Source: Octopus vulgaris (Eukaryota). Taken from it: a DNA stretch of 64,000 nt. The DNA is taken from contig OX597822.1 of assembly GCA_951406725.2 (NCBI GenBank), positions 868,001-932,000 on the forward strand, in the 5' to 3' direction. The notes beneath the pieces were generated by a model, which saw nothing but the letters and a program-made list of their open reading frames with translations, had not been told where the DNA came from and made no database searches. This document shows, one piece after another, positions 1 to 14,092 of the stretch. A program made the translations under genes and the position numbers. The stretch's first letter is position 1, and every line of letters begins with the position of its first letter.

Positions 1-100
1 ATTATTATTATTATTATTATCATTACTATTATTATTATTATTATTATTATTATTGTCATTATTGTCATTATTATTATTATTTTTATTATTATTATTATTG

Positions 101-141
<41 letters not shown>

Positions 142-217
142 GTCATTACTATTATTATTATTATTATTATTATCATTACTATTATTAATATTATTATTAT
201 TATTATTATTATTATTG

Positions 218-277
<60 letters not shown>
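1..277. repeat. (ATT)n microsatellite
   Basis: Near-pure ATT tract with occasional GTC/ATC; explains the poly-Leu ORF 53..355. Confidence 0.97.
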
Positions 278-867
278 GCAAGCTGGTTGCCTAGTTACAA
301 TGTCGGAAATTATGTTTTGTTGTATAATTTGCGGTTCCTTACTTTCTGTGTTTAACTCACGCCCAGGTCAGCTTTATCTTTCATCCTTTCGAGATCGATG
401 AATAAAGTACCAGTCAAGCACTGGTGTAGATGTTTTCCCTTCCAAATTTGCTGGTTTTGTGCTTTCATCAGAAATCAGTCTTATCTTTTCCACTACTTTG
501 TAACAGCAAAATGACTCATCGAATCACTCGCGCGTTTTGTTTGTTCTAAGCATGTTTTAAAAGTTTGCTTTAAAAGATTTTCTGTTTTGCTGTTAAACTA
601 ACCAGGATGCTAAGAAACTAGTCAAGTCTCTTGGTTTTGGTCCTTCGAGGAATAAAGTAAAAATGTTTTTCCTGAAATTTAATCATTCTTTTAATACAAA
701 GAGGAATCAGACACCCAAATGATGGTATGGAAGCTTTTGCAACTGTGACCAAAAAAAAAAGGGGGTTTCCTTGCAGCTTCATAGTCTCCTCACTGTGAAT
801 CCGACATGTAACCGTGACGGCTGCAAAGAAAGAAAAAGCAACAACCTGCTAAAAAAACAAAAACAAA

Positions 868-1100
868 GACACGGCACTCAGTCGGTTACGTCGATGAGGG
901 TTCCAGTTGATCAAACCAACGGAACAGCCTACTCGTGAAATTAACGTGCAAATGTCTGAGCGCTCTACTGACGCGTGACACTTAGCGTGAGATTCAGAGA
1001 GATTCAGCAGAATACGATAAGGCTGGCCTTTTGAAATACAGGTAGGACTCATTTTTGCCAGCTGAGTGGACTGAGGCAACCTGAAATAAAGCGTCTTGTT
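868..1100 (-). mobile_element. SINE body fragment (family D)
   Basis: Reverse complement reads CAGTCCACTCAGCTGGCAAAAATGAG...CCTGTATTTCAAAAGGCCAGCC; the same body occurs at about 49805-49960. Confidence 0.7.
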
Positions 1101-1190
1101 CTAAACAACATGCTAACACCAACCACTAGAACAACAGGTGATGGTAACAGCGACAGCAAAACCGGCAGGAGTGACAACAGTATCAGCAGT

Positions 1191-1390
1191 GGAGGTGAAA
1201 TGGCCCAGTGGATAGGGCAGCGGACTCGCGGTCGTAAGAACGCGGTTTCGACTCCCAAACCGGGCATTGTGAGTGTTTATTGAGCAAAAGCACCTAAGCT
1301 CCACGAAGCTCCTGCGGGGTGGTGGTGGTGAACCCTGCTGTACTCTTTCACCATAACTTTCGCTCACTCTTTCTTCATACTTCTGCCACA
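1191..1390 (+). mobile_element. tRNA-derived SINE head (family C), truncated
   Basis: A-box TGGCCCAGTGG and B-box-like GTTTCGACTCC; homologous to 3894, 49633 and 2680-2930(-). Confidence 0.8.
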
Positions 1391-1512
1391 AAGCAGAGAA
1401 ACCATGGTGTAACCCCACTATGGTGTGGTAAACTTTCAGACCCTAGTCTAGATTGCGAATCCTCAGTACCCTAAGATTCTGCCTGATCGCCTCACCCTTA
1501 ATAATATAATAA

Positions 1513-1978
1513 TCCTTTCTACTATAGCCACAAGGCCTGAATCTCGGGGGAGGGATCTAGTCGATTACGTCAACCTCAGTGTTTCGCTGGTACTTAGTTT
1601 ATGGACCACGAAAAGAAGAAAGGCAAAGTCGACCTCGGCGGAATTTGATCTCAGAACGCAGCGGCGGACGAAATACTTATTTCTTTGCTACCCACAAGGG
1701 GCTAAACACAGAGAGGACAAACAAGGACAGACAAACGGATTAAGTCGATTACATCGACCACAGTGTGCAACTGGTACTTAATTTATCGACCCCGAAAGGA
1801 TGAAAGGCAAAGTCGACCTCGGCAGAATTTGATCTCAGAACGTAGCGGTAGACGAAATACCTATCTCTTTACTACCCACAAGAGACTAGACACAGAGAGG
1901 ACAAACAACGTAACGGCAGACGAAATACGGCTACGCATTTCGCCCGTCGTGCTAACGTTTCTGCCAGCTCGCCGCCTT
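1513..1978 (-). mobile_element. tRNA-derived SINE, family A (multimeric)
   Basis: Head GGCGGCGAGCTGGCAGAAACGTTAGC; core GCCTTTCATCCTTTCGGGGTCGATAAATTAAGTACC (resembles the MetaSINE domain, from memory); many copies in window. Confidence 0.88.
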
Positions 1979-2679
1979 CCCCTTAATAACATAATAATAA
2001 TAGTATTAATAATAACTAAAGAAGAGTAACCCGATCGCTACCCAGTCACGTTATCAAAGAAACCAGGGGACGTAAGATGAGTTACTGCTGTATCGGCCTT
2101 AAGAGTCGGCGTGAAAAAAAGCTTCGTTTTCGTTACGCGAAGGAAACAATTTGGCAAAATTTATGAAAGATTTTGGTCTCAATTCGAAGCGATGAACCAT
2201 TCCACAGCCCTAATTAAAAATGAGGAATTCATCTTTATCCCATCATGTATAGGTAAAAGATTTGCGAAAGCGAGATTGGTTGATGTACCACCAGAAATGG
2301 GTATGAGGTGCCTGGTTGCATTCATTTTGCCTGGTGACGAAGATAAGGCAATCTTGCAGGATTCATTAGATGCGCCAAGAAAACTGGTCCGGTATATGGT
2401 TGAAACTAACAATGCAAATAAATCGAAGAAATCAAAAACTTTTCCCAAACTAATCTAAAAGCCAAATGGCCCCACTTTGATAATAACGGTTAAAAGCTCA
2501 AGTTATCACATTTGTGGCGCGTCCATCAGCCTAAGGGTTTTCTGCCCACAACAGCGAGCAAATGAAAGTAAGTGCCAACTGCTGCCAACAGCACAACAAA
2601 ATACACAAGAAAAACAACAGCGTGCAGCTACAACATTAATAGCAAACACAGCTACTACACGTCAATTTCTTTTTTGTTC

Positions 2680-2930
2680 GCCCTTTTCAAGCCTAGCCAG
2701 GCTCATGGACCCGGTTTCCCGGTTTCTATGGCATATATGTTCACCCAGCTGGACGGGACGCCAGTCCATCGCAGCGTTACTCAAGAAACAGGAAGAGAGA
2801 GTGAGAGAAAGTTGGGGCGAAAGAGTACAACAAGGGTTTTCTGCCCACACAAAACGCCCGGTCTGGGAATCGAAACCGTGATCCTCCGACCGCGAGTGCA
2901 CTGCCCTAACCACTGGGCCATTGCGCCTCC
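2680..2930 (-). mobile_element. SINE, family C head with V-domain-like body
   Basis: Minus strand: GGAGGCGCAATGGCCCAGTGGTTAGGGCAG ... GCTGCGATGGACTGGCGTCCCGTCCAG. Confidence 0.8.
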
Positions 2931-3286
2931 TCTACAGTACAATTAGTAGTGGTAAAAGGATAAACAATAGTAATAAGAAGAAGAACGCCAACATTAACCG
3001 CAGAATCACCGATCCTAGAACAACACCACAAGGCATACTCTTCCACTTCAGATCACTAAGACGTATCTTGTAATGTGGGCGACAAAGATGAAAAATGGAA
3101 AGCTGTTCCTATAAGAAGGGCGGGCAAGAGCCAAGAGGACAAAAGAAATCGATCGGAAGACTTGATCGGAAGTTAGTACAATACTAACAACAACACCATT
3201 AATATGCTCACCACCAGCAGCAGAAGCAGCAGTAGCAGAACCACCACTACCACCACCACCTCATTACACAGGTATATATTATAAAA

Positions 3287-3520
3287 GGCGGCGAGCTGGC
3301 AGAAACGTTAGCACGCCGGGAGAAATGCGTAGCCGTATTTCGTCTGCCGTTACGTTTTGAGTTCAAATTCCGCCGAGGTCGACTTTGCCTTCCATCCTTT
3401 CGGGTTCGATAAATTTCATTACCGGTTTCATTACTGGGGTCGATCTAATCGATTTAATCCGTTTGTCTGTCCTTGTTTGTCCTCTCTGTGTTTAGCCCAT
3501 TGTCGGTGGTAAAGAAATAG
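3287..3520 (+). mobile_element. SINE family A
   Basis: GGCGGCGAGCTGGCAGAAACGTTAGC head, B box GAGTTCAAATTCC, shared core. Confidence 0.88.
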
Positions 3521-3747
3521 GTATATATTATAAAAAAGAATTATTATTCACTACAAACTTTCGATCATGCACAGAAAAAAAGCTCAATTCAGTGGTGATT
3601 TAAGGAAGCCAGTTTCAAACTTTTCAATCACTTTGTGAAATACATTTTTCACGTGCACAGACGTATGCAAACATTGCAGTAAATACATCTGCAGTCACCG
3701 AAGCAGAGACACAAAGATATACGAAGGTACGCCTGCCGCTACACAAA

Positions 3748-3778
<31 letters not shown>

Positions 3779-3893
3779 TATATATACCCGGATATATAAT
3801 ATATCTTTGTGTGTGTTTATATATATATGTATATGTGTGTGTGAGTATTTATGAAAACAGAAATGTATTATACATTGGATAATATAGAGCTGT

Positions 3894-4203
3894 GGAGGCG
3901 CAATGGCCCAGTGGTTAGGGCAGTGGTCTCGTGGTCGTAGGATCGTGGTTTCGATTCCCAAACCGGGCATTGTGAGTGTTTATTGAGCGAAAATATCTAA
4001 AGCTCCACGAGGCTGCGGCAGAGGGTGGTGGCGATCCCTGCTGTACTCTTTCGCCGCAACTTTCTCTCACTCTTTCTTTTGTTGGCCTGCTCGCTTAGGC
4101 AGTGGGGTGTCGTCATTTGAAGGCTAAAACAATGCCAAGACGCATTGTGACCAGCGATGTGTAGCAACATATGATAGCCTGGTCGGTCATGTGATCACGT
4201 GAA
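3894..4203 (+). mobile_element. SINE, family C head with a third body type
   Basis: GGAGGCGCAATGGCCCAGTGG head; 3' part ...CGCATTGTGACCAGCGATGTGTAG. Confidence 0.82.
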
Positions 4204-4604
4204 TATAGTGATAGTTAGAGAGTCTGAATAAAGTGGGATTTTTACGATTGGGTCACCTTTTCACAAATTTGTATTCGACCAGACATGACCTGGAGTTAAC
4301 CAACAAACTAACTAACCAACCAGCTACGAAAGTAACCGACCAAGTAACCATCAAGCCAACCAGCCAGCCAAACAACCAACTAAAATTCTCAGTTATTCCA
4401 TAGTTAATACAGTAATGCCTCGATATACGAGTTAATTCCTTCCCGGTGATCGCTCGTAATACTCGTAAGCAGAAAATAAAACTCGCAAAATCTCGTAAAC
4501 TCGGGGTCTCGTAGCTCCTCATACGGTGAGATATTACTGTATATGTAATACGTAAAGCAAGTGCATTTGGAATTACTTAGAGAATATTTACATACATACA
4601 TGCA

Positions 4605-4605
<1 letters not shown>

Positions 4606-4671
<66 letters not shown>

Positions 4672-4868
4672 GTGTTTATGTGTGTGTGTGTGTGTTTGTA
4701 TGTGTGTATCCGTACGTGTAAATAAGAAGATATTTTTATACTCAAAAAGCATGAACTACATAATCTCAACGAATTTCGTGTACATGGTCGACAGTTTGTA
4801 TCGGCCTCGCTGCAGAAAGTGATGGGTGAATGTTCTGTGTCTGAGCTGATATCTATCTATCTATCTAA

Positions 4869-4944
<76 letters not shown>

Positions 4945-4984
4945 ATATCTGTCGCTATCTATCTATGCGTGTGTTTGTTTATGT

Positions 4985-5035
<51 letters not shown>

Positions 5036-5140
5036 TATACACACACACGCACAAATGCATAACAAACATATATACATATACATAGATATATATGCATGCG
5101 CGCGCACACACGGACACACACACACAGACATATATATATA
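4606..5140. repeat. Compound microsatellites (TG)n, (ATCT)n, (TA)n
   Basis: Direct reading. Confidence 0.93.
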
Positions 5141-5539
5141 TACCACCGTCATATTTTGCCGACAAAGAAGTACTTTATGAATTAACAATTAATCACGGGT
5201 AATTTAGTTCCATAAACACTTCACTTGATTCAATACAACTGACGCTGATGTAAACTTATAGACTATAAAATGGAGCTGAAGTTACGCCTTCCGCAAACTA
5301 ATTCATACGAAACTTTCTTTGACATGCGATATGGACCGAACAAATATAGAGTAAAATCAATACAAATAATATTAACATTCTATTGTTGCTCTTTCAGTGG
5401 AAAAGAGCTGATATATCAACAGCAAATATAAGGACTAAATTGTTAAATATATGTGAATGAGCAGTGCATTTTCCTCTAGGATAACGATGAACATTCGCTA
5501 TATGACAACGTTGATGCCCTTCGGAATTGAGAACTTCAA

Positions 5540-5985
5540 CACTCTAGGCACAAGGCCCGAAATTTTTGGGGCGGGGGACAGTCAATTAGATCAACCCCAG
5601 TATGCAACTGGTACTTAATCTATCGACCCCAAAAGGATGAAAGGTAAAGTCGACCTCGGCGGAATGTGAACTCTGAACGTATCTATTTCTTTACTACCCA
5701 CAAGGGGTTAAACACATAGAGGACAAACAAGGACGGACAAACGGATTAAGTCGATTATATCGACTCCAGTGCGTAACTGGTACTTAATGTATCGACCCCG
5801 AAAGGATGAAGGGCAAAGTCGACCTCGGCGGAATTTGAACCCAGCACGTAACGACAGACGAAATAGCTACGCATTTCATCCGGCGTGCTAACGATTCTGC
5901 CAGCTCGCCGCATTTTCCAGCTCGCCAGCAGACGAAATATCGCTAAGCATTTCGCCTGGCATGCGAACGGTTCTGCCAGCTGACG
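5540..5985 (-). mobile_element. SINE family A (dimeric)
   Basis: Two cores joined by the CTACCCACAAGGGG...GGACAAACAAGGAC linker. Confidence 0.88.
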
Positions 5986-6480
5986 AAGAACTTTGTTTCA
6001 CAAAACATCAGCTGAATACATTCAGAAGCCAACGAAAGAAGTCATCTATAACTTAAAGATGGTGTCCTTTCGCAAGATAACCATGGAACTCTTTTATAAC
6101 AGGAGGTGCGGATCTCTTTCATATGGCGACACAGAACTACTTCCATAAGGTGGTCTCTGACTGGCCCTTATTACCGTGGCACTGATAGGATGTGTGCGTG
6201 CTCATATGTTTGTACTGAAGCACATCGGTCCAGTGCATGACAAGTGTTGTAATCAGGAGTAACGGAACTACATTAAGTTGTGCACCTTGTCACATTTGTA
6301 GTAAAATGTAGGCGAGGTGATGAGAGTTAGCAAACACTTACAACACCTTGTCATATTTGAAAAACATAGAACTGTATTTTCGAGCTTTCTTCTGAGGTTG
6401 GTGCGGAAAGAAAAGCCACGAGACTGGCGGTGTGGGGTAAACAGACGAATTATTATAGTTGTAGCAGTAAAAACTACGTC

Positions 6481-6674
6481 AGAGAAAGACAGATAGATAG
6501 ATATATATATAGAGAGAGAGAGAGAGAGGGGGGAGAGAGGGGGGGAGAGAGAGGGAGAGAGAAAGAAAGATAAAAAGAGAGGGAGAAAGAAAGAAAGAAA
6601 GAAAGAGAGAAAGAAAGATAAAAAGAGAGGGAGAAAGAAAGAAAGAAAGAAAGAGAGAAAGAAAGATAAAAAGA

Positions 6675-6705
<31 letters not shown>

Positions 6706-6725
6706 AGAGAAAGAAAGAAAGCAAG
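6481..6725. repeat. (GA)n/(GAAA)n purine tract with roughly 36-bp higher-order repeat
   Basis: GAGAAAGAAAGATAAAAAGAGAGGGAGAAAGAAAG unit repeated three times. Confidence 0.9.
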
Positions 6726-8562
6726 AGACAAGGAGAGCGGAGAACAAAAATGAGAACACACTAACATCAGATTCTGAGGACTGTTGTTCCGAGGGCACCA
6801 ACGGTGGAAGCTTCGCAAATGGCAGAGGATGTACCTTCATCCTCACTCCAAGAAACTGAAGGGATCGAAATCTCACCTCTCAGGAGCGCCAACCCAGCGT
6901 TTGTTATGATATGAAAAAGATGGAGGTAGAAAGGAATGGCTGACTGCTACGAGGAAAAAGAAAAAAAGAAAAAAAGAAAAAAAGAGAAAGAGTAATTGAA
7001 GTCAAAGATAGAAAGCAAGATGGGCCTTAAGCAGAAGAGGACCTCATTGCGTCGGACGACATGCAGTTCCCAATTCTGCGCATGAGCAGCAGTTTTTACT
7101 TTTTTTCTTTTCTTAATTTTTTTTTCTTTTTAGAAAAAACTGCATGTTTGCACGTTTGAAATAGAGAAGGATGTGATTTATGAAAAAGAAGATTTAGAAT
7201 CGATTAACAAAGCACTTGCGAATTATTATGAAGACAACTGTTCTAGTGTCTGATAGTCCTGATAGTTCTCTTGCCCTCCAGCAAACCCTGTGTTTAAACT
7301 AGTTTCCAGTTGCTTGCATTTAGTCGTCTGACGAGCGCAGCAGAAACGAGAAACTTCGAGCAGCAACTCACGCAGTCACAGCTTTCAATAAATATAATCG
7401 CGCTAGATTTAATAGCATTCAGGATTTTTTCCCGATAATTGCAATTCACACCAGCGCATGTAATGTAAGGTGTGTTTGTGTGTATGTTTGTGCGTGTATA
7501 TATATATGCATGTATAAATACGTTATATAAACGTGTATATACCATGTTATATACATATGTATATATATGTATATAAAATGTGTGTATATATAAATTGCGT
7601 ATATATATATATGGATGTATGAAAATATATGTGTATGAATATGTACATGCATACATTTATTCATACGTATACTGCATATATTCAGATATTTCTCTGAAAA
7701 TCGAAATGTGTGTATATCTTCAATAGTCTAAATAGACACATACACACGTAATGTATATATATATATCTGTATGCACGTATGTAAATGTATGCATGTGTAT
7801 GTTTGTGTGTGTGTATGCGTGTGTAATCCTACGTAGTAGACATACAAAGATGCCGAATTTATATGTATACACAAACATGTATGTATCTATACATATATAT
7901 AGATATGCGTGTGTGCGCGTGTGTTTGTGCGTGCACATATATATGTATATGCACACACACACATATATCTATGTATACATATAACTGTGTGTGTGTTTTA
8001 TATTTGTTTGTATGCAAACTTGTAAGTGTAACGTTGCACGTTGAAGCAAGTATATGTCAATGCATCTAAATACACAATTTGCCAATTTTTTACATGAAAA
8101 TAAGTACATTGAAGTCGTTTAGTTTTTCCTTAGAAAGAATCCTTAATATATACATTATCAGATACAATTGGTTCTTTATACAACACTACGGGATATTAAA
8201 CACGATAACTGCCATTAAGAATCCACTCCTATAGTACATATACAATAAAAATCACAAACATTTGATTCTTATATGTTATATAATAACATAATATCCTTAA
8301 TGAAAGTATACGCTGCTTCTTCAATATATGACGCCATCAACTGTCTGCACTATGAGAAATACAGTAAGAGATGTAAAAGAAAAATGAGGAAATGTGCTGG
8401 GTTTGGGGTTTGTTAGACGAAGTAATTGGTGTGTGTTTAAATAACTTTATGACATGACTTGGATAATTGCAGAAAATATGAAATACTTTGGATCTGTAAG
8501 CAATAAAGTAATTATAAAGTTGCAGTTTTGTTTAACATTGTTGTAATTTTTAACACACCCGG

Positions 8563-8563
<1 letters not shown>

Positions 8564-8631
<68 letters not shown>

Positions 8632-8650
8632 ATATATATTTATATCTCTA

Positions 8651-8699
<49 letters not shown>

Positions 8700-8783
8700 C
8701 TATATATATATGTGTGTGTGTGCGTATATATATATATATGTATATATGTATATGTATATATGTATATGTATATATATATATAC

Positions 8784-8828
<45 letters not shown>

Positions 8829-9171
8829 TACATATATATATATATATATGTATGTATATATATGTATATATATACATACACACACATATATATGTGTATA
8901 TATATATGTATATATATACATATATATATGTATATATATATATATATATATACATACATAACACACACACATATATATATATATGTATATATATATATAT
9001 GTGTATATATATATATACATATAACATACATAATATATTTATGTATATATAACTATATATATATGTATATATATAAATATATATATGTATATATAGATCT
9101 ACATCTATATCTATAAAATATGTATATGACTCGTCCTTGTGTCTGTGTGTAGATGAGTTCGCATGCATGCC

Positions 9172-9212
<41 letters not shown>

Positions 9213-9260
9213 ACACACATACACACACACACACACGCGCGCGCGCACACACACACACAT
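8564..9260. repeat. Long compound (TA)n/(ATCT)n/(CA)n microsatellite
   Basis: Direct reading. Confidence 0.95.
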
Positions 9261-9480
9261 AAGTGCTTAGTCATGTCATGAGCTTCCGAGACTGGAGGAA
9301 GGGACGTAAGAGATAGGGGGAGGGTGTGATGCAGTCCTAACACAGACACTTAAACTTGCAAAAGGATGGGCTCTGCAAAATGCACCCAAGAACACCAGTG
9401 GGTGGTCTTAAATAAAAAAGGGCCATGTATGCATAAACATACACATATGTATGTTTATGTATGCGTGCATGTATGTATCG

Positions 9481-9535
<55 letters not shown>

Positions 9536-9591
9536 TACTAACATACACGTACACTCATGCACACACACAGACAAACACACATATGTATATT

Positions 9592-9982
9592 CCTTTCTAC
9601 TCTAGGCACAAGGCTCGAAATTTGGGGGGAGGGGGCTAGTCAATTAGATCGACCTAAATACGCAACTGGTACTTAATTTATCAACCCCGAAAGGATGAAA
9701 GGCAAAGTAGATCTCGGTGGAATTTGAACTCAGAACGTAAGACGAAATACCTGTTTCTTTACTACCCACAGGGGCTAAACACAGAGGAGACAAACAAGGA
9801 CAGACAAACGGATTAAGTCGATTATATCGACCCCAGTGCGTCACTGGTACTTATTTAATCGACCCCGAAAGGATGAAAGGCAAAGTCGACCTCGGCGAAA
9901 TTTGAACTCAGAACGTAGCGGCAGACGAAATACTGCTAAGCATTTCGCCCGGCGTGCTAACGTTTCTGCCAGCTCGCCGCCT
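9592..9982 (-). mobile_element. SINE family A (dimeric, near-intact)
   Basis: Tail CTTTCTACTCTAGGCACAAGG through head CCAGCTCGCCGCC on the + strand. Confidence 0.9.
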
Positions 9983-10672
9983 GAAACACACGTATGTATA
10001 TACAAGTTGTTCGGGCTAAATTTGACAGTTTGCATAAAAGGAAAAGACAGCACAATACCCTATTCAAAAATAAAGCATTCTAAAATTTCAAGAAATATCA
10101 ACTAGATTATGGCCAAGAGATAACAGTTTCTTCAAAGTAATTGCCCGGAATCAGGCCCATGCGTTCCTCACTGTGACCCTGGGAAGATCTTCCCAACAAC
10201 TTCCTTATCTTCGTCACCAACTCGCAGAAAGGTTAGTGCCTTTCTTAAACACGTCACACACATACCGATTCATGGGATTACAATTGAGGGAATTAGGAGA
10301 CCAAAAATGTGGGTGATGTCCTCGAAATTCTATGACAACCACGTCTAACTCTTTCCAGAGGCATGACAAAGAACCGATTCCTGCTGCCACACGCATATGG
10401 GTTTCCAGCAGCAAAGCCCTCCAACTAAGGTTCGATCCCAGCCTCCAGCAGCATCTGAATTGAGCTTAAGGCACTACACAAAGATGTGGAGATAAAATCC
10501 GGCGTGCGGTTCAGTCCGAACACCTGCTATGTCCCTTCCTGCTGGTTTCAGCTTCATATTCTCCGTCGCAGCTGTCTATGTCACGTATTATAGCCTTTAC
10601 GGAGTTCACAAAGCATTGGGTAGCAGTCATGATGTCGGCATTTTGACAACCGGCACTAACTATAGGTAACTG

Positions 10673-11199
10673 TTGGGTTGTCCGGAAAGTTCGTGCCGAT
10701 TTATAAGCAGCTTACCTTTCGTCTCATTTTAGAACATGGTTGAGTTCATAAAATAGGATTTGACTACACCTTCATTTAGAGAACAGTTTAAGCTATCTTT
10801 TCGTGGAAGAAGGCTCATGTTCCTATAGCCTGTGTTAATTTTGTAACCCTTTAAAATGGAAGATAAGAAAGTTCATTTTCGGCACTTGATGCTTTGGGAA
10901 TCAGATAAAAATTGCTGCAGCTCGGTTGCGATGCATTTCCCCTTATTCAGATCTCTGCAGAATAGTCTTAATGGTAAAAATTTCAGTTCCTTGGATGACG
11001 TAAAAAGATTTTCTTGATGAATTCATTGCTATGAAACCACCTCAATTCTGGGAAGAGGGTATTTTCAAGTAAAAGGAAAGATGGAGACGCATTGTGCAAC
11101 AAAATGGTTGATATTTGGTTGATTAAGAATGTAATGGCAAGTATTTATTGACCTTTTCCTTTCCTTTAAAAATCGGCACGAACTTTCCGGACAGCCCAA
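10673..11199 (+). mobile_element. Internally deleted mariner (MITE-like), 527 bp
   Basis: TIRs TTGGGTTGTCCGGAAAGTTCGTGCCGATTT / AAATCGGCACGAACTTTCCGGACAGCCCAA; right TA intact, left TG; transposase remnants MEDKKVHFRHLMLWE, LFRSLQNSLNGK, ERWRRIVQQNG. Confidence 0.9.
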
Positions 11200-11324
11200 T
11201 ATTAAGAATGCTTCAAGTTCTCCATGTCATCTAACATTTTCCCAAAACTCAACGTCAGTCATTATCCTCTTCAGTGCCGCTGACCCTTCATTAATACATC
11301 AAACAGTTACTGAAAAAAAAAGCG

Positions 11325-11757
11325 TAAGCCTAGCTGTGAGGTTAGCAAGTTCGCTCCAGTCCACAACGCAACACCTTGGGCAAGTGTCTTCTCTTATAAT
11401 CTCGGATTGACTAATGGCTTGTGGGCTAATTTCGTACACTAAAGGTATGTGGAAGGTCGTCGTATGTATGTATGTATGTATGTATGTATGTATGTATGTA
11501 TGTATGTATGTATGTATGTATGTATGTATGTATGTATACGTGTGTGAGTTTGTGTATGAATATATGGGATTATTTGTGTTTGAGTCATGGTGATTTTCCC
11601 TCTCCCTACTTTCTAAACGGTGTTGGTTTGTTTTCGTCTCAGTATATTACAAGAATTAAAATAAGTACTGGATTCGATTTGCTCGACTAATTCTACAGAG
11701 TGTTGCTTGAGTATTTCGGTTGTTGAATGAGGGAAACAAGTAAAAGAGTGAAAGTGC
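11325..11757 (+). mobile_element. Degenerate SINE family B
   Basis: CACCTTGGGCAAGTGTCTT ... GAAACAAGTAAAAGAGT tail; internal (TATG)n. Confidence 0.7.
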
Positions 11758-11831
<74 letters not shown>

Positions 11832-11832
<1 letters not shown>

Positions 11833-12290
11833 GGCTACAGCAAATATTTCTGCTCAATACCACAGATTTGCTTGTCAGTTGCTTAACCTTAACCAGTTGA
11901 ACATGTCCCCCGGTGGCTGATGATATGTGCATCTCTGATCACGAGCAGAAGTAGTGGAGGAGCATCATAGTCATGTGTTGAGAGGGATTCTTTGGGGTTT
12001 GAATGATTCACCTCTGGAAACATGGGTGGTTCGTTCATCATCCTTAAACAAACCTTATTCAGGGACCTTTTGAGTGGGATGGGCTACTCGACCAGAAGAA
12101 AATTCTAACTGGGCACCACCTGAAAGGTCATGCGCTGTTTATCTTGGTATGAGATCACCATGTCGCACACATATGGTTGTGATGCATGTGCCTGGTGTAC
12201 CTTTATCAGACGGGTAGTCATGATGGGTATACTGGGCTTCGTATATTTTACCCTAGTGTCACTTTGATGGCATGCACAGCTCTCTCACTC
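11832..12290 (+). mobile_element. Non-coding (TAA)n-embedded element, copy 1
   Basis: Flanked on both sides by (AAT)n; the 3' ~240 bp closely matches 44337-44580; orientation assumed from the adjacent LINE. Confidence 0.8.
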
Positions 12291-12291
12291 G

Positions 12292-12394
<103 letters not shown>

Positions 12395-12412
12395 CGATGA
12401 TGATGATGATGA

Positions 12413-13360
12413 TTTCATTTATTTGTCACAAGGGCGAATGATGAGGGAGACAATACAAAGACAGATATAAAGTGTGGGGGTTTACATATAATGAATTAAA
12501 AGTAATTAAAAAAGAAAGAAATTAAATATACAGGGTTATACACTTAAAAAGAAGGGCCACATTTGCATAGCATACAAAGGTTAAAAAAAGTGGCGGGGGA
12601 GAATGACAGAGATGCGGACCTCCTGATACAGGAAGGCATCTAGGGATAATCGAGGAACCCCACTGTCCAAGATTTCCCTGGAGCCCCAAGAGCAAATGCC
12701 CTCCCCTCCCCTATTCCTTCTCTCCAACTAAAAGGTCTACACTTAGAGAGGCACCATCCACTCTTGCCATTTTCGCAACTTTCACCTACCTTTCAATAAA
12801 CTCACTCGAAGACAGCACTTCCCTCTCCACTCTCGTTCTCACGCCTTTCAGCCTTGTCCACTAAACAACTTCTTTGCCACAGCCATCCGGCAAAGGAAAA
12901 CTGCCTTCCCCGCCCGATTGAAGGAGGGAGATAGTGCGATCACTAATACAGACACGGCTGACTGACGGATTCGTCTCACGCGTGACGGCAGCTGTTCGGC
13001 ATAATCCGACAAGTCAACGATGCCCGGACATTGCCTGAACGCGGGCGTGCAGAACGGTTTCATCACACTACACGCATCTCGGACAAGCCCGTCTGACAAC
13101 ACGTCTGTACGTGTAGAGATTATCTCGAACCGGTTGCGCCCACCAGTAGCACTGCCAGGCCAAGGACACCTGGAAATTATCCGTGATATATCCCGACCAG
13201 AAAGTCCTCCGAAACAGACTAGCCAGTTCGTTCTCGTCGGCACCCAGAGTCCCTCCGAGGACGTCGTCGCATTTCCCACCACTAATCTTTAATAAATTTC
13301 TAAAGCGGAACATCTACCGATCCTATTGCCCGACAGGTAGAGGCCTGTGAGCACCAGACG
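12413..13360 (-). mobile_element. L1/Tx1-clade LINE 3' fragment (zf-RVT region and 3' UTR)
   Basis: Minus-strand SLAWQCYWWAQPVRDNL...CPRC..ETVLHA..QCP pattern, with frameshifts and stops. Confidence 0.7.
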
Positions 13361-13382
13361 CAATTCTAATAATAAAAATATG

Positions 13383-13442
<60 letters not shown>

Positions 13443-13445
<3 letters not shown>

Positions 13446-13936
13446 GGCTCTCACTAAACAAATTGAAGGCATGGCTGCTCTCGATTATTGGGATCGCCTT
13501 AAAGCCTTGAAACTTTACTCCCTCCAGCGTCGCCGTGAGCGGTACATCATTTGTACGATGTGGAGAATATACCGCCAACATTGCCCAAACGACCTAAACA
13601 TTAGCTTCAAGGTTCATCCAAGACTTGGACCACGGGCTATACGTCCCCTGCCCAATTCAAGATCACAACATACATGTACACTGCAACATAATTTCTTTTC
13701 CTCAACAGGGAGATCAAAGAGGAAAAGGATCCCATCAACTTTAAACGGAGTCTGGATAGATTCCTTCAAAGAATACCAGATAAGCCACCCATAATTGGAT
13801 ACAACTCACCCAACAAGAACTCACTACTTGAACAAAACTTGACTTAAACAGGATTCGAATAATCCTATCAGGTGGTGCTATTAAGTTAGACATGGCCTGG
13901 ACCAATCTTTGGTCGAAACATATCTAAGTTTATCTA

Positions 13937-13941
<5 letters not shown>
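13443..13941 (+). mobile_element. CR1/L2-group LINE 3' fragment
   Basis: LDYWDRLKALKLYSLQRRRERY motif; 3' tandem ATCTAAGTTT; flanked by (TA)n. Confidence 0.85.
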
Positions 13942-13988
<47 letters not shown>

Positions 13989-14042
13989 TCTATACATACC
14001 AATATATATATATCTAAACACAAACACATATCTATTTATCTG

Positions 14043-14092
<50 letters not shown>

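Noticed and set aside
2111-2458. 115-aa ORF as a host gene
   Set aside because: No recognisable domain; might be a LINE ORF1 remnant but I cannot support a call.
7326-7360. CTGACGA...GAAA as a hammerhead
   Set aside because: No NUH site, stem III or stem I partner.
10100-10660. Decayed LINE RT fragment
   Set aside because: Higher GC and a faint GGLG-like trace only; too eroded to call.
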